Assembly (NCBI GenBank): GCA_034506395.1
Contig: JAPDPQ010000002.1
Coordinates: forward strand, 52,255 to 116,254
DNA length: 64,000 nt
Source of the DNA: Candidatus Zhuqueibacterota bacterium
GTDB taxonomy: Bacteria > Zhuqueibacterota > Zhuqueibacteria > Thermofontimicrobiales > Thermofontimicrobiaceae
Reading direction: 5' to 3'
Shown: one piece after another, positions 57,524-64,000 of the stretch
Layout of the letters: each line of letters opens with the position of its first letter
Position numbering within the stretch: the first letter of the stretch is position 1
Position numbers and translations under genes: made by a program
Notes under the pieces: model-generated
What the model was told of the DNA's origin: nothing
Database searches by the model: none
What the model saw: only the letters and a program-made list of their open reading frames with translations

Positions 57524-58792
57524 TCACTTAATGATATCCGTGCCCATGAACTCTCTCAGCACCCGAGGAACGATGACTGTACCCTCGTCGGTTTGATAAT
57601 TTTCTAAGATGGCGATCACCGTTCTCGGCAATGCAAGTCCAGATCCATTGAGCGTATGGACATATTCGGGCTTGGCATTGGCATCGCGCTTGAATCGGAT
57701 ATTGGCGCGTCGAGCTTGGAAATCCTCAAAATTGCTGCAAGATGACACTTCCAGCCACTTGCCGAGACCATCAGCCCAGACTTCGATGTCATAGCATTTA
57801 GCAGCCGCAAAGCTCAGATCTCCAGTCGAAAGAGCCATGACACGATATGGCAACTCCAAGAGTTGCAAGACTTCCTCAGCATTTTGAAGCAACTTTTCCA
57901 ATTCATCGTAAGAACTTTCTGGCGTGACAAATTTCACCATTTCGACCTTATCAAATTGATGCACCCGCACCAGTCCACGAGTATCTTTGCCATAGGTCCC
58001 TGCTTCGCGACGAAAGCAAGGGGTATAGGCGGTATAATATATTGGCAGGTCCTCGCCTCGAAGGATTTGATCGCGCAACAAATTCGTCACTGGCACTTCA
58101 GCCGTGGGGATAAGAAACAAATCGTCTTGCGAGGTGACGTACATGTCATCTTCGAGCTTGGGAAGCTGCCCGGTGCCGAACATGCTTTCGCGATTCACCA
58201 AAAACGGTGGATATACTTCGGTATAACCATGTTTTTTGATATGAAGATCAAGCATAAAATGGATCAGCGCGCGCTGCAACCGGGCCCCCAGACCTTTATA
58301 GTTAATGAAAAACGAGCCGGCGACGCGAGACCCTCCTGCAAAATCGATGATCCCCAGCTTCTCGCCGATCTCCCAATGCGGTTTTGCTTTGAAATCCTTA
58401 GGAGGCAGTTCGCCCCAGCGTTTGACCTCTAAATTTGCTGAAGCATCCTGACCAATCGGGACCGATTCATGGGGAATGTTAGGGATGCGGATTAGGATGT
58501 CATAGATCTGCTGGTCGAGGGTTTTCACCCGATCGTCCATTTGTTTGATCCGATCTGCCACGGATTTCATTTGACTAATCAGATGACTGGCATCCTGTCG
58601 TTGCTGTTTCAAACGACCGATCTCCTCAGAGACCTGATTTCGTTCATGTTTTAGCGCTTCGACTTCAGTCAGAATCTGCCGTCGCTCCCCATCCAATTGC
58701 AACAGGCGATCGATATCTGCATGATCATTTTTTAGCTGAATGGCTTGTTTGACGCGATCGACATTGTTGCGAATAAACTTGATGTCTAACAT
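57524..58792 (-). CDS. serS: Serine--tRNA ligase.
   Basis: The N-terminal coiled-coil is '[22 protein letters not shown]…'. The class-II catalytic core is present ('[26 protein letters not shown]', '[28 protein letters not shown]'). The length is 422 aa. Confidence 0.9.
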   Translation of the reverse strand: MLDIKFIRNNVDRVKQAIQLKNDHADIDRLLQLDGERRQILTEVEALKHERNQVSEEIGRLKQQRQDASHLISQMKSVADRIKQMDDRVKTLDQQIYDILIRIPNIPHESVPIGQDASANLEVKRWGELPPKDFKAKPHWEIGEKLGIIDFAGGSRVAGSFFINYKGLGARLQRALIHFMLDLHIKKHGYTEVYPPFLVNRESMFGTGQLPKLEDDMYVTSQDDLFLIPTAEVPVTNLLRDQILRGEDLPIYYTAYTPCFRREAGTYGKDTRGLVRVHQFDKVEMVKFVTPESSYDELEKLLQNAEEVLQLLELPYRVMALSTGDLSFAAAKCYDIEVWADGLGKWLEVSSCSNFEDFQARRANIRFKRDANAKPEYVHTLNGSGLALPRTVIAILENYQTDEGTVIVPRVLREFMGTDIIK

Positions 58793-59055
58793 GTTGAGTC
58801 CTCACCTATTATATTTTGGGTCTTTAGCTCGCATCCCGCTATTATTCTTTCATCGATTCGTTATCAGTCTCAGAGATCGTAGAACCGATCAATCAACTAA
58901 GAAGCGATCCAGTATTCCATTATTTTGATTTATGCTTTTAACACCGGAATGATGCAAAAGTTCACTTTTCCAATGCGCTACCAGGATAAAACAAACCAAA
59001 AAACCGATCATTTAAAAAATCAAGCTATCGATGAATCAGTATGCTGTCAAATTCG

Positions 59056-60456
59056 CTATTGTCCTTTGCCGCGCAACATGACATAAATGGTGCTTAGAAT
59101 GATCTTCAAATCCATCCGCAACGAGACGTTTTCGATATAAAACAGATCGTATTCGAGTTTTTTCTTGACGCTCTCGATGCTGGTGTCGTACCCGCCTTTG
59201 ATCTGCGCCCAACCAGTGATCCCTGGCTTCATGCGAAGTCGTCGCGCATAAAGTGGGATCTCTCTTTTAAGTTTTTCGACAAAAAAAGGTCGTTCTGGAC
59301 GAGGACCGACCAAGCTCATTTGACCGATCAGAACATTGTAAAATTGGGGAATCTCATCGATCCTCAGTTTGCGAATAATGCGGCCGACAAAAGTCACCCG
59401 AGGATCGCGCTGACCTGCCCAGACTGGCCCGGTTTCCTTCTCAGCATCGACCACCATAGATCGAAATTTATAGATCGTGAAATGCTTACCATCCTTTCCG
59501 ACGCGCTTCTGACGAAACAATACTGGCCCACGAGAATCCAGCTTGATCAAAATCGCCACTAATAACCAGACTGGCATAAAACCGACCAAAACGATAATTG
59601 ACACGGCGACATCGATAATTCGTTTAATGCGTTGCTCCCACTGCGGCATCATTTGGGGCAAGATCTCGATTAACGGAAAAGCGTAAATTTGATTGGTGCG
59701 GCCGTAGCCCATCACAATGTCATAAAGATCTGGTACAATCTTCAAATTGACCAATAACGAATCGCAATAGGAGATGATATTGATTACCTCTTTGGGCGAG
59801 CTTTTCTTCGCTGCGATAATGATCTCTTCAATTCGTTGTTGCTCCACGATCCGTGCAATATCTTTATAATGTCCCAGCACAGGGACGCCCTTATAATTGG
59901 CATTCACATCCTTTTTCGACGGGGAGATAAATCCGACGACATCATAGCCGAGGGCACGATATTGATTGATCTTATCATATAATTCCTGAGCTTTCTCATT
60001 CCATCCAATGATCAGGGTCTTGCGCCGGCCAAATCCCATTTCCAATAGCTTCCGCTGGATCGTTCGCAGCAAAATCCGCTCGCTGCTGGTAAAAAAGACC
60101 AGCATGAACCAGTAGGAGATGATAATGATGCGACTCACCGAGGGGGGTGATTGGAGATCGGTTCGAGTGTCAAAGGTCAGAAGAAACAGCAGCAACACAC
60201 CGATAGACACAGTCTTAAGGACAGTGACAAATTCATCGAAGCGCGATTGCGCATACCAGGATTTATAAAGACCAAAGAAGAAGAACAGAAAAAACCAGTA
60301 CAGGAACAAAATGAACGACAGTAGCAAATTACTGGCAAGCCCTGGTTCGATATAGTAATTCAACGAATGGCGCAGCAAAACCCAGCACAGATAGGTTAAA
60401 TTGATGGCGATAAAGTCGCCAACCAACAAAAATATTTTCTCTATGGCTTTTGGCAT
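59056..60456 (-). CDS. Polyprenyl-phosphate glycosylphosphotransferase (WbaP/exopolysaccharide 'bacterial sugar transferase' family).
   Basis: Four to five N-terminal TM helices are followed by a central CoA-binding-like domain. The C-terminal sugar-transferase domain is 'PVLFRQKRVGKDGKHFTIYKFRSM…DEIPQFYNVLIGQMSLVGPRPE'. Confidence 0.85.
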   Translation of the reverse strand: MPKAIEKIFLLVGDFIAINLTYLCWVLLRHSLNYYIEPGLASNLLLSFILFLYWFFLFFFFGLYKSWYAQSRFDEFVTVLKTVSIGVLLLFLLTFDTRTDLQSPPSVSRIIIISYWFMLVFFTSSERILLRTIQRKLLEMGFGRRKTLIIGWNEKAQELYDKINQYRALGYDVVGFISPSKKDVNANYKGVPVLGHYKDIARIVEQQRIEEIIIAAKKSSPKEVINIISYCDSLLVNLKIVPDLYDIVMGYGRTNQIYAFPLIEILPQMMPQWEQRIKRIIDVAVSIIVLVGFMPVWLLVAILIKLDSRGPVLFRQKRVGKDGKHFTIYKFRSMVVDAEKETGPVWAGQRDPRVTFVGRIIRKLRIDEIPQFYNVLIGQMSLVGPRPERPFFVEKLKREIPLYARRLRMKPGITGWAQIKGGYDTSIESVKKKLEYDLFYIENVSLRMDLKIILSTIYVMLRGKGQ

Positions 60457-60466
60457 GGATCGAATT

Positions 60467-61612
60467 TCAACCTCGGATCGGATTCCAGGTCACTACGGTT
60501 TTGCGTTTGATCAAAAAACTAACGATCGCCTGGAACGAGGCCAAGTTCACCAGACAATAATAAAACGGGGCATAAAATAGAAAATTATGATAGCGCTTTC
60601 GCTCCATTCCATATCCGAACAAAGCGGCTGCATAGAATAGACATTGCAGCACAAAGGTGATTTGAAAAAGCCTGATATGCAACAGAAATAAATTGATCAC
60701 AAATAGAATCGGTAAATAAAATGCAACCAACCAGCGAAGGATTTTATGAGAGAATAATTGAAAGCTTAGCATAGGATATTTGATCGGGTTTAAAAAAGAT
60801 CGATGTTGCAGCAGCGAATAGAAGCTGCGGTTAATGATGCGTTTCTTTCGCTGATATTCCTCCTGGAAGCTGCTCATGGTCCTTTCAAAGCAGAGGGCAG
60901 CAGGTTCGTAGACGACACGGTAACCTTGCTCAATGATGGTCAACGGTTCGATTAGGTCGCTAATGATGTCGTCAGCTAAAGGGACATACAACTGCTTTCG
61001 AACCGCATAAATCGATCCATTGGCACCCAGAATGGAAGCCGCGCGACTCTCCTGGCGTTTGAGAAACTTTTCATAATCCCAATAAACATTTTCGGCCTCG
61101 CCAATGGGATTTTTGCTATCAGTAACGTAGACCAGCTCGCCACAGACACAGCCTACCGATGGATCGAAAAAATTGCGGACAATTTTGCGAATCGCATCCG
61201 AGCGATAAAAAGCATTGGCATCAGAAAACACGATGATCTCGCCGTGTGCATGGCTTACCGCCAAATTTTGACCTGCGGTCTTGCCCTTTCGTTCTGGTAA
61301 TCGGAGCAAAATGACCCCCTGGGAGGCAAAGCGTTGCACAATCGCATCGGTCTCATCGGTCGATGCATCGGAAATAACCATGATTTCCAGCTTTTCCTTT
61401 GGATAGTCCAGCGCAAGGCAATTTTCTAACTTTTGCTGGATCACGGCAGCCTCGTTATAAGCCGAAATGATAAGCGTTACAGAAGGCTCATGATCATCGT
61501 TTTTCTTGACACGGTGCGGTTTTATCGCCGCTATGAGTGTAATGAGCAGCGGATAGCCGACGTAAACATAAAAGATGATCGCGATAAAGAAATAAAAGAT
61601 GGCTGCTAACAT
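60467..61612 (-). CDS. Family-2 glycosyltransferase with C-terminal TM helices (processive/synthase-like GT2).
   Basis: 'VTLIISAYNE', 'DASTDETDAIV' and the 'DAN' context are present, as is a QxxRW-like region ('QRKKRI'). The C-terminus is hydrophobic. Confidence 0.8.
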   Translation of the reverse strand: MLAAIFYFFIAIIFYVYVGYPLLITLIAAIKPHRVKKNDDHEPSVTLIISAYNEAAVIQQKLENCLALDYPKEKLEIMVISDASTDETDAIVQRFASQGVILLRLPERKGKTAGQNLAVSHAHGEIIVFSDANAFYRSDAIRKIVRNFFDPSVGCVCGELVYVTDSKNPIGEAENVYWDYEKFLKRQESRAASILGANGSIYAVRKQLYVPLADDIISDLIEPLTIIEQGYRVVYEPAALCFERTMSSFQEEYQRKKRIINRSFYSLLQHRSFLNPIKYPMLSFQLFSHKILRWLVAFYLPILFVINLFLLHIRLFQITFVLQCLFYAAALFGYGMERKRYHNFLFYAPFYYCLVNLASFQAIVSFLIKRKTVVTWNPIRG

Positions 61613-61771
61613 AAAGTCTGATCTGATTGATTAAGGCCGACCCGTCAGACCGATGAAGCAAGCGCTGGCGGTATTATTGGTTGGAATCTAAAGAAAATGG
61701 TTTTACCTCCAGATATCAAATACTGTTTATTCAACTTTGTGCAAGAGAAGATCGTTCCCATGTACGATGCG

Positions 61772-62884
61772 TCATAAGTTCTCCTCTAAAATTGCGACGA
61801 TGCGACGCGCTGCCTGACCATCCCACAATGGTGGGATTTGACCTTGACGGGATTGGCCATCAAGAATTTTGTAACTCTCATGGACGATGCGATCTGTGTT
61901 CATGCCTACTAACACATTTGTGCCGAGCTCCACTGTGATCGGCCGTTCGGTATTACGCCGCAAGGTGACACATGGAATACCCAGCACGGTGGTTTCCTCT
62001 TGAATCCCACCAGAATCTGTCAGCACCAAACTGGCGTTTCTCATTAGTTGCAGAAAATCCAAATAGCCCAGGGGTTCGATCAAGCGGAGATTCTTGGCTC
62101 GCTCGATGCGCCAGTCGAATTGGAATTGCGTCAGCATTTTCCGAGAGCGCGGATGAATTGGGAAGATGATCGGGACTCGTGAGGCGATCTGTTCCAGTGC
62201 GGAGAGGATTCGATCGAAAGTTTGCCGATCATCGACATTGCTGGGCCGATGCAGAGTAAGTAATGCATACGGCTGGTGATTAAGTCCCAAATGGTTAAGT
62301 ATAGTCGACTGTTGAGCGCGCTGGAGGTGGCTCATCAAAGAATCGATCATCACATTGCCTACGAAGAAAATTTTATTCGGATCGATCCCTTCATGGATCA
62401 AATTGCGCCGGCCGCTCTCCTCTGTGACAAATAAAAAATCCGCCAAGGAATCGGTCACGATGCGGTTGATCTCTTCAGGCATCGAGCGATCAAAACTTCG
62501 CAGTCCTGCCTCTACATGGGCGATTCGGACTTGCAACTTGGACGCTACCAGCGCCGCAGCCAACGTGGAATTGACATCTCCAACCACCAACACCAAATGC
62601 GGCCGAAGCTCTTGGATAATCCGTTCTAATGCGATCATGATCGCTCCGGTCTGTTGGGCATGGCTCCCAGATCCACACCCCAAATAAATGTCAGGTTCAG
62701 GGAGATTTAGATCATGAAAGAAGATCTGCGACATCTTCTCGTCATAATGCTGACCAGTGTGTACCAGTGTAGCGCACAAGCGATTGGAGACTTGCATGAG
62801 CCGATGGATTGGGGCGATCTTCATAAAATTTGGGCGCGCCCCTACGATATTCAAGATGCGAACCCTATTCTGCTGCTGATCCAT
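61772..62884 (-). CDS. wecB: UDP-N-acetylglucosamine 2-epimerase (non-hydrolysing).
   Basis: 'RILNIVGARPNFMKIAPI…LVHTGQHYDEKMS' and the conserved 'GDVNST' and 'HVEAGLRS' motifs are present. Confidence 0.9.
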   Translation of the reverse strand: MDQQQNRVRILNIVGARPNFMKIAPIHRLMQVSNRLCATLVHTGQHYDEKMSQIFFHDLNLPEPDIYLGCGSGSHAQQTGAIMIALERIIQELRPHLVLVVGDVNSTLAAALVASKLQVRIAHVEAGLRSFDRSMPEEINRIVTDSLADFLFVTEESGRRNLIHEGIDPNKIFFVGNVMIDSLMSHLQRAQQSTILNHLGLNHQPYALLTLHRPSNVDDRQTFDRILSALEQIASRVPIIFPIHPRSRKMLTQFQFDWRIERAKNLRLIEPLGYLDFLQLMRNASLVLTDSGGIQEETTVLGIPCVTLRRNTERPITVELGTNVLVGMNTDRIVHESYKILDGQSRQGQIPPLWDGQAARRIVAILEENL

Positions 62885-63169
62885 GATGTCTTAGCCGTTC
62901 TTTTTGCCTGAAGAAGCGATCAACAAGCTTCGCTCAGGCTGTTCTCATTGAAAATCCGAAATGATTTTTTAGCTGATCAATCGCGCCATTACTTTCAAAT
63001 CGTATTGTATCGGCGCTCAATCCCAGTCGATAATTCGATATGAACAGGGGCGAATTGAACTGGCCCGATTGCCTGAAAAATTCTGGAAATTTCCCTGCCG
63101 AAGGTCCATTCTTTCAGGCAATCGGTGTAGCTTGATAAAAAATGCTGTGAGAATCTTCGAGTCAGTTTA

Positions 63170-64000
63170 TTATTGGGATGGTGACTCTTCTTTACAGTAG
63201 ATATCGGTGTAGAATCCGCGACCTGAACCCAATTTGACGATTTTATCGAGACCATCTTTAATATTTTTAGTGAGATTTCTGGTATCGACCAAAGCCTTCG
63301 AGTGCTTCAAGATGAATTCGGCGTCATAGACATCATGATCGGCGGTAACGACTACAACGTCCTGAGCCTCAAGCAGCTCTTTGGTCAATGGTTGCGATTC
63401 ATATAATTTGCCAGCGATTTTGATCTGGGGGACGTAGGGATCGTTGTAGCAAAGCTGTTTCACCCCGCGCTGTAACAGAAGCTCCATAATTTTAATCGCT
63501 GGCGAGTTGCGCGTGTCGTCCACGTTTTTCTTGAAAGCAATTCCCAATATCAAAATTTTTCCTTTGCGGATCGACGAGTCCACGTTCGCCAGGGCGCGAC
63601 GGATGTTGCCGATCACATAGAATGGCATTTCTTCGTTTGTTTCGGCAGCTAGTTCGATAAATTTGGTGTGAAAATCATATTCCCGGGCCTTCCAAGCCAG
63701 ATAATAGGGATCGATCAGGATGCAATGTCCCCCGATTCCTGGACCAGGATAAAATGGCATGAAGCCAAACGGTTTGGTCGCTGCTGCATCGATCACCTCC
63801 CAGATATCGATACCGCCCATGCGGTCGCACAATTGTGCCATTTCGTTGACCAGAGCGATATTGACACTGCGGAAAATATTTTCCAGTAATTTTTCCATCT
63901 CGGCCACGCGAGGGCTGGAAACGGTATGCACCTGTTTCACAACTTGAGAAATTGCCAATCGTGCGACTTCAGTGCATTGAGGAGTAACGCCGCCGACAAC
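63170..64000 (-). CDS. Nucleotide-sugar dehydrogenase (UDP-ManNAc/UDP-glucose dehydrogenase family). Only the central and C-terminal domains are in the window; the N-terminal NAD-binding domain lies beyond the window end.
   Basis: The catalytic Cys is in 'GIGGHCILIDPYYL'. The 'KDGLDKIVKLGSGRGFYT' tail is typical of the UDPG_MGDP_dh C-terminal domain. The frame is open through base 64000. Confidence 0.85.
   Translation of the reverse strand, partial: VVGGVTPQCTEVARLAISQVVKQVHTVSSPRVAEMEKLLENIFRSVNIALVNEMAQLCDRMGGIDIWEVIDAAATKPFGFMPFYPGPGIGGHCILIDPYYLAWKAREYDFHTKFIELAAETNEEMPFYVIGNIRRALANVDSSIRKGKILILGIAFKKNVDDTRNSPAIKIMELLLQRGVKQLCYNDPYVPQIKIAGKLYESQPLTKELLEAQDVVVVTADHDVYDAEFILKHSKALVDTRNLTKNIKDGLDKIVKLGSGRGFYTDIYCKEESPSQ

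Noticed and set aside
57863-58432. 189-aa plus-strand ORF inside serS.
   Set aside because: It is antisense to a housekeeping gene with a full-length aaRS alignment.
62995-63255. 86-aa minus-strand ORF overlapping the 3' end of the dehydrogenase gene.
   Set aside because: It overlaps the real stop region, has no motifs, and is probably spurious.
1-64000. Scanned for CRISPR arrays, rRNA/tRNA genes, IS elements or transposase/integrase ORFs.
   Set aside because: There are no regularly spaced direct repeats and no transposase or integrase-like ORFs. No tRNA-like sequences were found in the intergenic gaps. The nearest thing to mobility is the GIY-YIG domain protein at 47378..47716, which is of the small stand-alone UPF0213 type rather than a homing endonuclease.

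Overview
The window is a 64 kb segment from a bacterium of the Fibrobacteres–Chlorobi–Bacteroidetes (FCB) group. Eight predicted secreted proteins end in the C-terminal sorting domain used by the type IX secretion system (T9SS CTD, consensus 'LxQNYPNPFNxxTxI…IYNxLGQxV…WxGxD…SGVYFYR'). Most genes have clear GGAGG-type Shine-Dalgarno sites, so the organism is probably not a classical Bacteroidia.

The first ~24 kb (+ strand) is an accessory-looking block of very large T9SS cargo genes:
- A 5'-truncated giant adhesin (1..4298) built from Big_1 Ig-like repeats.
- A B12-binding radical-SAM gene (4511..5974).
- A tandem locus of seven genes (6380..23829), described below.

In the seven-gene locus, three paralogous FG-GAP (integrin-alpha-like) beta-propeller proteins alternate with four proteins that start with a cohesin-like module. 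Each FG-GAP protein carries a dockerin-like double EF-hand segment and an internal cohesin-like module. The four cohesin-N-terminal proteins are a minimal cohesin+CTD protein, two paralogs with Listeria/InlB-B-type repeats, and a PKD+NHL-propeller protein. I interpret this as a cohesin–dockerin-like, T9SS-anchored cell-surface assembly system. This is the most novel feature in the window.

The rest of the window is mainly housekeeping genes:
- An attEFGH-like module: ABC ATPase, fused double-FtsX permease, AttH-like lipocalin and a small outer-membrane protein.
- A carbon-nitrogen hydrolase.
- A GatD-like (archaeal-type) asparaginase-domain protein.
- A 1529-aa Lhr helicase.
- A PHP phosphatase and a metallophosphoesterase.
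- A tandem PC4-like ssDNA-binding protein.
- A serine hydrolase.
- hisS.
- A histidine-ammonia-lyase homolog whose MIO-forming triad is Ala-Cys-Gly instead of Ala-Ser-Gly.
- A GIY-YIG nuclease.
- A lipid kinase.
- A GT5 glycogen-synthase-like gene.
- A variant System-I cytochrome c maturation cluster (ccmE with a CxxxY heme-binding motif, ccmF, an inserted unknown secreted gene, ccmA, ccmB).
- serS.
- A polysaccharide-synthesis block (WbaP-like phosphotransferase, GT2, wecB, nucleotide-sugar dehydrogenase) that runs off the 3' end.

I saw no rRNA, tRNA, CRISPR array or obvious transposase.
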